From contig NC_068998.1 of the NCBI RefSeq assembly GCF_001194135.2, forward strand, positions 48,665,095 to 48,723,181: DNA of 58,087 bases. Direction: 5' to 3'. Each line of letters starts with the position of its first letter. Within the stretch, counting starts at the first letter, position 1. This DNA is from Octopus bimaculoides. Lineage: Eukaryota. A program made the position numbers and the translations under genes. The notes under the pieces were generated by a model that ran no database searches, was not told the DNA's origin, and saw nothing but the letters and a program-made list of their open reading frames with translations. This document shows, in pieces, positions 1 through 12,860 of the stretch.

Positions 1-292
1 ATTGAGCGAAAACACCTAAAGCTCCTCGAGGCTCCGGCAGGAGATGGTGGCGAACCCTGCTGTACTCTTTCACCACAACTTTCTCTCACTCTTACTTCCT
101 GTTTCTGTTGTGCCTGTAATTCAAAGGGTCAGCCTTGTCACACTGTGTCACGCTGAATATCCCCGAGAACTACGTTAAGGGTACACGTGTCTGTGGAGTC
201 CTCAGCCACTTGCACGTTAATTTCACGAGCAGGCTGTTCCGTTGATCGGATCAACTGGAACCCTCGACGTCGTAAGCGACGGAGTGCCAACA
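1..292 (+). mobile_element. tRNA-derived SINE (family A), 5'-truncated by the window edge
   Basis: Near-identical to minus-strand copies at 8586-8866 and 13290-13488, whose 5' ends show tRNA-like A/B boxes (TGGCCCAGTGG...GGTTTCGATTCC). Ends in an A-rich tail. Confidence 0.8.
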
Positions 293-512
293 AAAAAACA
301 ACAAAAGAGAAAGTAAACGAAAACCTAGCGGTAATTGCAATTAACTCTCATAGAAAATAAGATAATTTCATGAAATTAAGAATTAATGATTCTAATGAGA
401 AATTGTAAAGGTCATAAGTTAGATAAAGGAAAAAATCTGATTAAAGAACTTTAGAAACTAAAACTTCATTGTAGTTACTAACCTTATCGTTCCTAATTTT
501 CTAGACACAGCC

Positions 513-1420
513 TTGATACTGGGCAATAGCCGCTTCACACATACACAAGCAGTCGATTCACCCACACAAGGTGATTCCCACTCGAGTATCTCGAGAACAG
601 TCGACAACGTTATTAATCGGGTATCCTCGATATCTTCCGATGACGATGCTTTTATAGAGACTTCTGTGTATTATAATGAAGCGCTTAGAAACTCAAGATT
701 CTCCGATAAGATTAAATACGTAAATAGCACCGAGACTATACAGCGTAAGAGCAGGAATATTTTATTGTATAACATAATGCTTCGTTTAGCGGTAAGAAAT
801 GATATAGCTAGGAAATTTCTAAATTTAACAGACTACAATTTTCCACCAGGAACATAAATATAAGATATTAAATAAGGACTATGTTAAGGTTAGCTATCCA
901 TTTTGTAAGCAATTTATTGTTATATCAGAGGAAATAATGCTACAAGGTTAAAGAAAAAAGAAAACAGTTGGCCAATTTTAATCATGCAACTTTAAAATTC
1001 GTGAGAGTTGCCCAACAGACACAAACTGATTGGAAAAATCGATAGTATAGAGCACTAAAGTAGAAATAAAGAGGAAAGATAAACCTAAAATATATATTGG
1101 AGCAACCAAAGTGACATTCTAAAATCGATTTTATCAGTACAAACATTCATTTGTCAACGTTACAACTTTGTCGGGATATTTATGGTTCCTACGTGAAACA
1201 AGTCTTCTCAAATTCAAAATTATCAGGTTGACGCAGATAAAGTACAACCTTACAGAAACGGCAGCTTCAAATCATAAATGCGGTGTGACCTTTGAGCAAA
1301 ATATTAAGAATTTGTTTCAAGGAAGTAACAGCTTGAACAAAAGAACTGAACTGTTGGCTCTTTGTATGCATGGTGTTAAGCAGTTTTTGTGTAAATACTA
1401 TTTCAACTTAGTTCGGAGAA
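513..1420 (+). pseudogene. Degenerate Penelope-like element: RT C-terminus/linker plus GIY-YIG endonuclease
   Basis: Translations VYYNEALRNSRFSDKIKY...RKSRNILLYN, KIYIGAT..F*NRF, LSGYLWFLRE and NSLNKRTELLALCMH match recalled PLE (Neptune-like) thumb/GIY-YIG motifs. Stops and frameshifts present. Confidence 0.75.
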
Positions 1421-1843
1421 AAATATTGATTTCGAAGCTTTTAAAGTGTTGCTCAAACATCGCAATTTCACAATAGAACAGTTTTAGAATGATCTGCCTT
1501 GAATGAGATTTACAAGTTGAATGCAACGGTAAATTAAAATGGAAAGATGTTCAGAGTATTCCCACGAGAACCAGAAATGATAAGAAAAGTTTGAGCTTGG
1601 AACAGCTACCTTTGCGCGGGTCACAAGCACAATTCTTCAAAATGTATAAAAATAGTGTTTTCTTCATTGTTCTTGAAAAGTATTTCAAAATATATTCAAA
1701 CAATAGCTAATTCTACAGAAAAGAGGCTTGGGTTACCATCAGAAATGAGGAAACTCAGAGCCCTTTAGCTGTAATGTATTAAAGAGAACTCCACATTTTC
1801 ACATTGAATTCTGTAACTTACCGCTTCGCTTCGTGGTGAATCA

Positions 1844-1877
<34 letters not shown>

Positions 1878-2479
1878 TGAGAAAAAAGGTCACCAGCATG
1901 TTTTCGAAAACAATCTTTTTATTTATTCATTCATTATTATTAACGCTTTCGTTCGTTTCTCGGCCTTGTCAAATAGAATTTTGTGAATGTACAAAAAAGC
2001 TTGTTCATTTATATAAAACAGATGTTTGTTTTTGTAGGTGGGGGGGGGGGGGTTAGAAGAGGAGAGCATTGTTTTTGTTTTTTGGGGTGAGGTTCCATGA
2101 CAATAGAGATAGATAGACAGATAGAGAGAGAGGAGGGGAAAGGGGATCCCCCCTTCCTATTCACCATTCATTCATTTAGTAATTTACCCTTGTATTTAAA
2201 TGAGTTTTAGGATGGTGACCTCTTCAAGAAAAAAAAAAAAACAGGTGTGCTGTGGTCATCACTGACAGTCTTTCTGCTTTCTTTCTTTTCTCCTCCTTCC
2301 CTTCTTTCCTTTTCTTTTTCCTTTTTTCCCTTTTTTCTTCTCTTTCTTCTTTCTTTCTTCGTTCTTTTTCTCCTCTTTGAGTTATATTTAGAATCAAAAA
2401 TGTACTGTGTCCGCTTTTCTTTCAAACATTTAATTTTGGAGAGAATAAAAGCGGCTGAAATGAGATCCCGGTAAAGGAT

Positions 2480-2832
2480 TTCCGAAATGACGCAGTTCGG
2501 AGATCGTGAGTCTCCCCAGTTCAAGCCTCTACTTCTCTGCATTGAGGGGTCACGGTTCAGGTACTACGGACATGTGATTAGAACACCAAAGGAAAGAATT
2601 GGAAGGCGGATTCTTCAAGCTGAACCAGTCAGCGGGGCGATCTAGAGGTAGACCAAGAACGAGATGGTCTGATAATATCCAGAGTTTCAGCTGATCACGT
2701 TTGGGTAGCAATCGACAAAGTGTAACGACGGTTGCTTTTGATGGGACCCTATACAAGAAGTGTCTGAGGACTCTACCCCAACAACCATCATAAGAATAGT
2801 GGACGGAGAAGATGGATGGATGGATGGATGGA
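2480..2832 (+). mobile_element. RTE-clade LINE 3' end fragment
   Basis: Translates to RFRYYGHVIRTPKERIGRRIL...SRGRPRTRWSDNI, a typical RTE ORF C-terminus, followed by a (GATG)n tail. Confidence 0.7.
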
Positions 2833-3410
2833 ATTTAGAATAATTCTTATTCTAATGTTGATTGTTTGTAAAGTTTTAATACACACATGGGGCTGGAATA
2901 AAAAGAAAAGAAAAGCGAGGTCTGAAAGGCACAAAAATTAGTTAAGGACAAAATGAATAAAGGAAGACGTTGATAATCACTACCGGATGCATTGTACCTG
3001 TTGATCTAGGGAGATGGCATAGGTATTTATTCATATATGATCAATGGAATACAACTTTATATACACATGCATACCTATCTAAATGTGTGTGACTGTTCGC
3101 TAGATTATAGGCAGTACAAATACATGCATGGAACCTACTAATGCACTACTAGTACTTCACTGTACCACAGTACAGACATGCGTGCAGAATAAGTGTGTGT
3201 GTATGTGTGTGTGTGAGCATGTGTGTTAATGATGTGTGTGTGTGTATGTGTGTAGTAATGAATTATTTTATAATATTACACAGATTTTTCGGTGAAATTA
3301 GTCTGTCTTCACAGCAAAAATATCGATCCGAACAGTTATTTATAGAATAAATATTTGTGTAGAACCAAAATACTTTATAGCCACTATATTTCCATAGCCT
3401 CGGAAGTATT

Positions 3411-3482
3411 TCCCATGTGGTCTAGTGGTTAGGATTCCTGGCTCTCACCCAGGTGGCCCGGGTTCGATTCCCGGCGTGGGAA
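3411..3482 (+). tRNA. tRNA-Glu (anticodon CTC)
   Basis: 72-nt cloverleaf TCCCATGTGGTCTAGTGGTTAGGATTCCTGGCTCTCACCCAGGTGGCCCGGGTTCGATTCCCGGCGTGGGAA. Acceptor stem TCCCATG/CGTGGGA, anticodon loop CT-CTC-AC, intact A/B boxes, TTTTT terminator at 3493-3497. Confidence 0.97.
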
Positions 3483-3619
3483 CTTATTTAAATTTTTAAC
3501 TCAACCACCCATTTATTATTTACACACGCGACAGCGTATATAAATGTATATATTCATATATAGAGAGGGGAGAAAGATATTTAAGGACAACTATCCTTAA
3601 ATTACTCCCTTCGACCAAT

Positions 3620-4410
3620 GAGAAGGTTTTTATTTCGTTCAGATCCTCCAAGCAATCACAATTCATCAAAACATTATCTATGACGATGCCGGAAAGTCAA
3701 TGGTGGCCATCGCCAAAGAACTTCTAGTATTGGAGAGGACTGGCAGAACTGTGGTACATTACGACATTTGATGCAAGTCGTATGCACTGAGTGGAGGTCA
3801 ACTATTTGATCCGTGCGGAGCAGTTACTTATCAAGGTTAAAAATCATCATGAACATGACACGCTTTGTTTCTTCTCTGATGAAAAAGAGACTTCGACCAA
3901 GGCCGAAGGTCAAACAGAAGAAATGGCAGTTGATTACGTAAAGATCCTTCCGATACCCCAAGAGTATCCATCAGCTTTTACGGTTTTAGGAGTAACGAAG
4001 GTTATGTCATTCTACATCACATCTCTCCACAGGGTCTTAGAATCAATGCTATTGGATACGTTGAGGTATTGGAGGCAGTTGGTAGACCCTGATGGATGAA
4101 GTACGCATTGGAAAGCCATACTTGTTTCAACAAGACACAGCAGCTTCTCTTAACCCAAGAATGAATGTCAGACAATCTTTACGATCATGTGATATCGAAC
4201 TGATCGATTCTAAATTCACCAGATTTAAATCCCATGGACTACTACTTTCGGAGCGTTGTTGAAAGTTAGACTAATCGACGTCCTTACAATACTATAGTTT
4301 TACTGACGGCTATCATTGTCCAGGTGATGTCCGAAATAATTAATGACCATTTAATGCAGGTTTTGCATTGAAGCAGTCATCGAAGCTGAAGGCAAATTCA
4401 TTGAATAATC
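3620..4410 (+). pseudogene. Degenerate Tc1/mariner (maT/DD37D-like) transposase
   Basis: Motifs RAEQLLIKVKN..CFFSDEK, PQGLRINA..YVEVLE, PYLFQQD, NSPDLNPMDY and C-terminal EAVIEAEGKFIE* across shifted frames. Confidence 0.8.
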
Positions 4411-4487
4411 TCATAAAAAAGTTCATCGAGAACATGTGCACAAATTTTTATTAAAATACATGTTTTCTGCTAGATTTGAGTGGTCTA

Positions 4488-4745
4488 TTAAATTACCAAA
4501 TAGAAGGGGAAAGCTGTGAAATTTGATTTGATGTTACTTGTGCATCTGTCTTTCTGTTCACTTAAAAGAATCTGTCTGTATTGCGGGAACCGGATCTGCT
4601 CTTTATGTAGAGTGGTTCCCTGTCTCAATGTCATACTCGTCTGTCCTATATAATGGTGTCCACAACCCGAGCAAGTTATTACATAAATTAGATTCTTAGA
4701 GGCACAAGTGAAGCTGGTTTTAATTGTGAGCCTCTCTCCTTGTTT
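4488..4745 (-). pseudogene. Penelope-like element GIY-YIG endonuclease fragment
   Basis: FTCASKNLIYVITCSGCGHHYIGQTSMTLR matches the PLE GIY-YIG pattern (xIYxIxCxxC...YIGQT). Confidence 0.8.
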
Positions 4746-4776
4746 GAAAAGGAAATTCGAGCCTTCAAGTATATGC

Positions 4777-4831
<55 letters not shown>

Positions 4832-5674
4832 TATCTATCTATCTATCTATCTATCTATATATATNNNNNNNNNNNNNNNNNNNNNNNNNNNNNNNNNNNN
4901 NNNNNNNNNNNNNNNNNNNNNNNNNNNNNNNNNNNNNNNNNNNNNNNNNNNNNNNNNNNNNNNNNNNNNNNNNNNNNNNNNTATATATATACACATACAT
5001 GTATGTATGTATTTATTTCAGTTTCCATCCACCAAATCTCCTCACAAGGCTTTAGTCGGTGCCACGCAGTGGGACTGAATCTGGAACCATGAGGTTGAGA
5101 AGGAAGAATAACAATGTTGAGAAATTATGTACAACAACCAAATCGATCAGAAACTAATGGAAAAATAATGACGACCTAAAGAAACTGGACGTAATATGGA
5201 AATCGAACATTACTTATCAGACAACACCCAAGATGATGCATTTAGCGACTTGCCAACGAATTATAATTTAGATTAACGAGATACGATAATGAAATAGACT
5301 AACAATAAAAAAAATACTGTTGTATACTGGGAGAGTCATTACATACACACTCTTTCAATTTCGCGTCTTTATTACTAAATTGGTTAGTTGTTTAGCCAAC
5401 TAACTAATCGATTGCTCGGTTAATCAATAAATCAATTGTCTGTTGATTAGTAAGCTGATTAAATAATTAACCAATTGATTTATAATTTAGAAGTGAGACA
5501 GAACCAGGGCGTGTGTTTATTATTGGCGTAATGACCCTCTCGAGATACAACAAAATCTGCTTCACATGAGTTGACATCAAGAATCTTGCAAACCAAATAC
5601 AAAAACGGAATAAAAATATACAACACCCTAATGCGGTATTTAGTTACTTGCCAATAAGAATAACGCGCGCGCGC

Positions 5675-5716
<42 letters not shown>

Positions 5717-5974
5717 GAGACTGCTGTGGTAGAATTTAATCTTAAAATTTTTCCATATCTCTTGATGAGCTCTTTATGTTATTTTTCAATGGCGCTCCTA
5801 ACTCCATTAGGATTAACTCCATTGGCCAATTCACGTCTCAAGACCTTCTCTGCTTCATCATCACTGTGCAATGACGGTCGTCGTGGTGTCTTGCTCGATC
5901 ACTTTGTGGTAATTCGCAGAGTATTATGGGAATACTGCTGTAACCATCAAAGTCGGTGTGTCCATTAGATGAAA

Positions 5975-6340
5975 CAATCAGCTCATATTGGGATTCGAAA
6001 TCTGAATCTGTCCCGCAAAATCGGCGAAGCCGACGAAATTGGGAAAATGACAGAACAGATTTAGGGTGTTTGGGATAAGAGGGAAAATAGTGAAGACAGA
6101 AAAGGAGTCGGTAGGCTTGCGGTAGGCGAGAGGGATTAGGGGGTTGGTGGATATTGCTAATAGTGATAGAGATATGGAGAATATAGTAACGGAGATGTTG
6201 GATACGGTGGTGGTGGTGGTGGGGAATTCCAAGGTATGAGGAAAAGAGTTAATAAAAGAGATGAACTTATCGATCTGTTGTCTGGTGAGGATGGTTGCAC
6301 CAACACAGTTATCTATAGAGTCGTTCGATCTGCTAAAAAT
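5975..6340 (-). pseudogene. Penelope-like element RT fragment (probably same element as 4488-4745)
   Basis: SIDNCVGA (decayed YIDD), FISFINSFPHTLEF, AYRKPTDS and, after a frameshift, HPKSVLSFSQFRRLRRFCGTDSDFES: PLE RT domain 5 to thumb. Confidence 0.75.
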
Positions 6341-6374
6341 AGCAGCGAAATTCTTCAAAACCTCTTCACCTTAG

Positions 6375-6765
6375 GAAAAAAGAAGGATACATTGATGCAG
6401 GTATAGCTGTGTGGTTAAGAAGCTAACTCTGCAACTATATGGCTTGGGGTTCAATCCCACTGCGTGGTACTCCCCAAGGCAGATACCTTCTACTATAACC
6501 CTTGGAAGTGAATTTAGTAAACGGAAACTGTGTAGAAGCCCGTCATATGTACGAGTGCGTGTGTATGTGTGTGTGAGTTTGAGTTTATGCTATGCTTATC
6601 CCCTACTACCATTTATCAATCGGTGTTTGTTTGTTTACGTCCCCCGTAACTTAGCAGTTCTGCAATGGAGCACGATAAAATAAATACCAGGCATTATGAA
6701 AGTAAGTAACAGAGCCGATTTATTCGACTAAAACTCTCCAGTACGGCCGCAGACCAACATAAAAC
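6375..6765 (+). mobile_element. CORE-type tRNA SINE (family B), diverged copy
   Basis: Same head/core/internal microsatellite/tail layout as the copy at 32907-33408. Confidence 0.7.
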
Positions 6766-7366
6766 TGCTCAATCAGACAAAATAAGGATTAGACAGCAAC
6801 AAACCTCCTTAATCCTCTTCATACGCCCTTTTCTGATTATAATATTTCGTGGGTGGGTCCATATGTGATTATACTGTCCCCGACTGAAATATATATATAN
6901 NNNNNNNNNNNNNNNNNNNNNNNNNNNNNNNNNNNNNNNNNNNNNNNNNNNNNNNNNNNNNNNNNNNNNNNNNNNNNNNNNNNNNNNNNNNNNNNNNNNN
7001 NNNNNNNNNNNNNNNNNNNNNNNNNNNNNNNNNNNNNNNNNNNNNNNNNNNNNNNNNNNNNNNNNNNNNNNNNNNNNNNNNNNNNNNNNNNNNNNNNNNN
7101 NNNNNNNNNNNNNNNNNNNNNNNNNNNNNNNNNNNNNNNNNNNNNNNNNNNNNNNNNNNNNNNNNNNNNNNNNNNNNNNNNNNNNNNNNNNNNNNNNNNN
7201 NNNNNNNNNNNNNNNNNNNNNNNNNNNNNNNNNNNNNNNNNNNNNNNNNNNNNNNNNNNNNNNNNNNNNNNNNNNNNNNNNNNNNNNNNNNNNNNNNNNN
7301 NNNNNNNNNNNNNNNNNNNNNNNNNNNNNNNNNNNNNNNNNNNNNNNNNNNNNNNNNNNNNNNNNN

Positions 7367-7367
<1 letters not shown>

Positions 7368-7401
<34 letters not shown>

Positions 7402-7501
7402 GGTGGTGGTGGTGGTGGTAGTAGTAGTAGTAACAATGGTGGTGGTGGTAGTAGTAGTAGTGGTAGTAGTAGTAGTAGTAGTAGTGGTGGTAGTAATGGT
7501 G

Positions 7502-7553
<52 letters not shown>

Positions 7554-7645
7554 CAACATCAGTAGAGATTGTTCTTGTATATTGATTGTTGCTGCTGTTG
7601 ATGCCGTTGCTGTTGTGGTGGCTGTCGTCGTCGTCGTCGTCGTCG
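7368..7645. repeat. Compound (GTA)n/(GGT)n/(GTC)n microsatellite next to an assembly gap
   Basis: Direct reading. Explains the poly-T/V/S/L ORFs in the track. Confidence 0.95.
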
Positions 7646-8585
7646 CTGTTATTGATTCGAGTCCTTAACTCCAGAGAAGAACTGACGAGCAACACTCAGA
7701 GACGCACTCTGCATGAAAACCAAATGCTAAAGTTGGTGTGAAGATACTTAATGGTGTAAACGAAGAAACTTCTTTAATTTATTAAAATCTCACTCGTAAC
7801 GAGAGGAAGTAATCGTTAGATTAATTACTAATTCTGATTAAGAAAGCCAGGGGAAACAACCCTGAAATCTTAATTAATTAAAAATATTTAAAAATAGAAT
7901 GTGTGCCATGCAGGAGGAAATATGCCTGACTTTGATAGAGAGGGGAGAAAACTCCAAGCATATTTCGGTCTTATTAGACTTCTTCAGTGTTGTTAAATGA
8001 AAATGAAGATGTATCTTCTTTTACTTGTTTATACATACATACATACATATATATATACGATAGGCTTCTTTTAGTTTCCGTCTACCAAATCCACTCACAA
8101 AGCTTTAGTTGGACCGAGGCTATAATAGAAGACACTTGCCCAAGGTGTCACGCAGTGGAACTCAACCCGGAAACATGTGAGATTTCCTTTTTTTCCCGTT
8201 TTTTTTTTTGCAAATGAACACCGAGTGGTGTTATAAAATCAACGAATTATTTTTTTTTAGGGGGGGTGGGGAACATAACCGCATAAAAGTTCCTTCGTTG
8301 ATTTGTGTTGTCCTTATGTTTCTGACAGGAAGATGTATTTGATACAAGGAGTGAAGAAGACGTTTTTCCCAGCTAATATTGATTCTTNNNNNNNNNNNNN
8401 NNNNNNNNNNNNNNNNNNNNNNNNNNNNNNNNNNNNNNNNNNNNNNNNNNNNNNNNNNNNNNNNNNNNNNNNNNNNNNNNNNNNNNNNNNNNNNNNNNNN
8501 NNNNNNNNNNNNNNNNNNNNNNNNNNNNNNNNNNNNNNNNNNNNNNNNNNNNNNNNNNNNNNNNNNNNNNNNNNNNNNNNNNNNN

Positions 8586-8866
8586 TGAGCACTCCACAGA
8601 CACGTGTACCCTTAACGTAGTTCTCGGGGATATTCAGCGTGACACACAGTGTGACAAGGTTGACCCTTTGAATTACAGGCACAACAGAAACAGGAAGTAA
8701 GAGTGAGAGAAAGTTGTGGTGGAAGAGTACAGCAGGGTTCGCCACCATCCCCTGCCGGAGCCTCGTGGAGCTTTAGGTGTTTTCGCTCAATAAACACTCA
8801 CAACGCCCGGTCTGGGAAACGAAACCGCGAGTCCGCTGCCCTAACCACTGGGCCATTGCGCCTCCA
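8586..8866 (-). mobile_element. tRNA-derived SINE family A
   Basis: Reverse complement matches 1-292 and includes the tRNA-like head; 3' end lost in the gap. Confidence 0.8.
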
Positions 8867-9224
8867 CAAAGACAATCTTTAATCTCTGCAGATTAAGAGA
8901 AACTTTTTTTTTTTTTTTTTATGAAGTGAATGCTTCAATAATCACGGGTTCGGATTCGAAATAGGACTTAGGAGATTGTTCAAATAAAATAATAGACATT
9001 CTTTCATACAATTTCTTTCGGTCTTTCTGCCTTATTAGTTTCTAAATTTGGCAAATTTAGAAATGAATCGAGTGGATTTCAGATTTTTTAAAATGATTAA
9101 TTTAAATATTTTATCATTACAATCTCGTTTTCTTAAGCTTCTGGACAACGAGGTGATCGAACCTTGCAAGCTGTATTTGAAGGATTTCATTTTCCTAGCA
9201 TTAACATAGGATAAAATAATCTTA

Positions 9225-9830
9225 TCCGATATCAAGGCTGAGCCATCGGCGTAATCTGGATCTGTTATTGTAAAAGCTCGGTATTTGGAACTTCTTTTTG
9301 TAAGGGCAAAACCGTGTTATATTTGTTGGGATCTCCTTAAGTGCAAAGAAAGGATCAACATAAAGTAAGAATGGAAAATGTACAAGTGTGTCTCCTTGTA
9401 AAACAACAGAAAGAATGAAATAATTCTGTGTCTCCTTCAGATAAACCTGCTTTTTATCAAGTATTTTCGTAGAGCATCATTATTACACCTATTATTTCTT
9501 GAGGGATTTCAGAAGCTGGTATAATTTGTAGCATCTTAAAATTCACCAGTAACAGAATGGCAGGGAGACTTTTTGGCCCCAACGACATCTATAATTCGTC
9601 TGAGAGTTAATATTTACCCAGTTGTCGAAAGATTCTTTTCGAATTTATTCTGGTTTCTAATAAAAACTCTTAACGAGTTCCAGCCATATACGATCGTATA
9701 TCATTATGTCACCATTCTTTGCAGCAACAGCTGTTAAAGTAATACTCCGATAATTCCGTCCAAAGTCTAAATAACTTTTTATAGGGAAAAGGATGATACA
9801 ACCTTCAGTCCATTTCCTGGATGGGTTACG
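9225..9830 (-). pseudogene. Degenerate RTE-clade LINE reverse transcriptase
   Basis: NYRSITLTAVAAK, ILTLRRII, VLQGDTL and TITDPDYADG (decayed YADD) in RTE order. Confidence 0.75.
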
Positions 9831-10529
9831 ATCGTAGATAGAGTTGCACAGTTGGAGAAGTACAGCAATAAATACTCCAGCTTTCCGGACCGCGTGGCGG
9901 TATGTTACCTAAGACAGGAACTCTTTCTGTTTTCGATTTTAGTCAGAGCTTCTGTTAATTTATAAGCTTAATTTATCCAGTTTGATATTCAGTTTGTTTT
10001 ATGATTATTACTAAATATTATTGCTGCTGACTGATGTTTTCCCCAAAAAAATTCTGACTTTGTAAGATTGTCTCATTAATTCGGATTAATTTGGTGCGCG
10101 AGCAAAACTGAAGTTTATTTACATTAAATTAAAAGAAGTTGTTACTAAATACATAGGAAACCACACACGGTGCATTCAGTTTTTGTATGCGTTCGTTTAA
10201 TTATTATTTTGACTTTAAAAAAAAAATTATTGTTGATCTTCATGCATGAAAGACTGTCTTCCATTTGCAGATTGTTGATCGATCACGACTGCTTTTAACT
10301 GAAAAACAAATCAACCACATCTGGATATATTTACTCTAATCCAGTCAATTACAGGAAGTTTTAGTAATGATTATCCGTTTATAGATTGTCTTCTGATGTG
10401 GCCACACTTCTTCACTGGCAGCAAACCACCGTTCATTAACAATTATGACGCTAACAACATTGACGACACACTATGATGCGAAAAGAGATTACCAATCAGT
10501 CTGTAGCTAAAAGCTTCTTCGAGATACTA

Positions 10530-11080
10530 TACGGGGTCTGATCAAAATGTATCGGGACTGGTGCTTTAAAAAGAAAACTGTAAAAAGAAAACTACAACAC
10601 ATATTAATTCGGCATTCAATCTCCTTCGAACTAGTTCTCTTTTTATGTCACACATTTTATCCAGCGTCGTTTCCGTAGATAGCAGCATTCCTGAAACTCC
10701 GTTTTTTTTTTGGGGGGGGGGGGGGAGGACAGCGAGCAGTTTCCTCCTAGCATTCTCTTGGATTTCCTCCGTGTCTTGAAATCTTGTTGAGGTCTTCCAC
10801 TATGAAGATTGAGGCTTGGTTTCGGGGTCACAAACACAGACCCACAATGTGTCACCTGTTATGACCGTTTCCAAAAAGTTTTCCTCTTCCTCAACACAAT
10901 CAATAACATCCTGCGCAACTGAAACCCGATCTTCTTTTTAAAACGACCACACTCTACACACTTTTCAGGCTTTTCTTCGAAGCACTGCTGTGAACAACGG
11001 AAGTGAATGAGAACGTTATAACTTTGTGTGCGTACGTGTCAGCATTCATGGCCAAACGCCTTCACTCTGAGCACTTTGGC
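10530..11080 (-). mobile_element. Internally deleted mariner element
   Basis: FLETVITGDTLWV..DPETKPQSS*W joined directly to RFQDTEEIQENA...RWIKCV. TIR-like TACGGGGTCTGATCAAAATGTATCGGGACT at ~10530. Confidence 0.75.
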
Positions 11081-11499
11081 TTCATTACCATAGCAACAGT
11101 TCCGATACATTCTTTTATCAGTAACTAAAAATATAACCAGTGAGTTTAGGTTCAGAGAGGAATAACGCTTGAACTGACATTAAAGAATGACTCGAACCTT
11201 CGACCCTTTTAGACACATCCTTTCATCGTTCATTCATTCATCTCTTTCAATCAAACTACAACCCAATGTGTTCTTATCAAAATGCAATGTGTTGCTTGAT
11301 CTTTTCTTCGAGTGTTTAATACAAGAAATTGAGTAAAACACAGCAGGAATTAGAAGTGACGGAGATCTAGGTTCACTGACTGGGTTTGGAGAGAGTGGCA
11401 CATGGGTTTCTGGCTCATGAGGAGACAGGCTTTTGTCTGTATGAAACGTATTAATGAGCGAAAGTTTACATGTCAGGCTGATGATCTTCTTTTGGATAC

Positions 11500-11543
<44 letters not shown>

Positions 11544-12279
11544 GGGGGCAGCATTACTATCGTGGGTATGTGAGCAGTAAGCTAATGGAAGATGCACTTC
11601 TGCCCTTATAGGCATTGACAACTGCAGAATTTACAGACGCTGAAGGTGAAACCTAACGTTTGTTGCCAGTTACAGTGACTGTTAAAGATCATCAGAAATT
11701 GTGAAAAGTGCTTACATTTGTAGCATTTTACGTTCAAGAAGAAGAAGAAGAAGAAGAAGAAGAAGAAGAAGAAGAAGAGGAAGAGGAAGAAGAAGAAGAA
11801 GATGATGATGATGATGATTTCGGTAAATAGCCTAATGTAGCAAAGATGGATGGTTGGGTGACCAAAGTTCAAATCTGAAACCATTTACTTCAAAACTTCC
11901 ACAATTAAGTTCTTCAGTCACCAACTTCCCTGTGGTACGAATACTGGGCTGTAAGACATGTATCCTTAAAGTCTATTTTAAATAAACTTAAATCAGTTTA
12001 TTAGTATCCATGATGTAACAGCCTTATTTTATTTTTCTTGAAGTTAAATTCCGAGTACATAATGTTTATATCAATTTTAGAATATTTATGTTTTTTCTGA
12101 ACTATATATAGTTTTAACCTATTCCAAGATACAACGTGTTGAGAGATTACAAACTCAATCTGTTGGATTTTCAATACTGCCAATAAAATCAAAACAAAAA
12201 CGTTATATCTTAAATTTTAATTAAAATTACCATATTTTTGTTAAATGTAATGTATTTTGATATTTACTACGAAGTTTAA

Positions 12280-12860
12280 GGCGGCGAGCTGGCAGAGTCG
12301 GTAGCACGCCGGACGAAATGCTTAGCGGTATTTCGTCTGCCGTTACGTTCTGAGTTCAAATTCCGCCGAGGTCGACTTTGCCTTGCATCCTTTCGGAGTC
12401 GATTAAATAAGTACCAGTTACGTGCTGGGAATTGATGTAATCGACTTAATCCCTTTGCCTGTCCTTGTTTGTCCCCTCTATGTTTAGCCCCTTGTGGGCA
12501 ATAAAGAAATGAATATTAACCTAGTGGAGGGTGGCGAGCTGGCAGAAACGTTAGCACGCCGAGCGAAATGCTTAGCGGCATTTCGCCTGTCTTTACGTTC
12601 GAGATCAAATTCCGCCGAAGTCGACTTTGTCTTTCATCCTTTCGAGGTCGATAAATTAAGTACCAGTTGCGTGCTGGGTCGATCTAATCGACTGGCTCAT
12701 TTCCCAAAAATTTCGAGCCTTGTGCTTAGAGTAGAAAAGAATATCTTTAAAGCGGCGAGCTATCAGAAACGTTAGCGGGCGAAATGCCTAGCGGTATTTC
12801 ATCTGCCGAAGTCGACTTTGCCTTTTATCCTTTTGAGGTCGATAAATTAAGTACCAGTTA
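12280..12860 (+). mobile_element. Three tandem tRNA-derived SINEs (family C, Meta-domain-like core)
   Basis: Each begins GGCGGCGAGCTGGCAGA and has the core GTCGACTTTGCCTTTCATCCTTTCGGGGTCGAT..AAGTACCAG. Further copies at ~13495-13680, 23676-23880, 28745-29122 and 41492-41706. Confidence 0.75.

Noticed and set aside
6769-7695. Long ORFs of 240-308 aa (also those near 12.8-13.4, 26-27, 44.7 and 54.1 kb)
   Set aside because: They consist of N gaps and microsatellite translations.
11734-11825. (GAA)n/(GAT)n tract that reads as poly-Glu/Asp with a possible donor
   Set aside because: No convincing acceptor or neighbouring exons; treated as a microsatellite.
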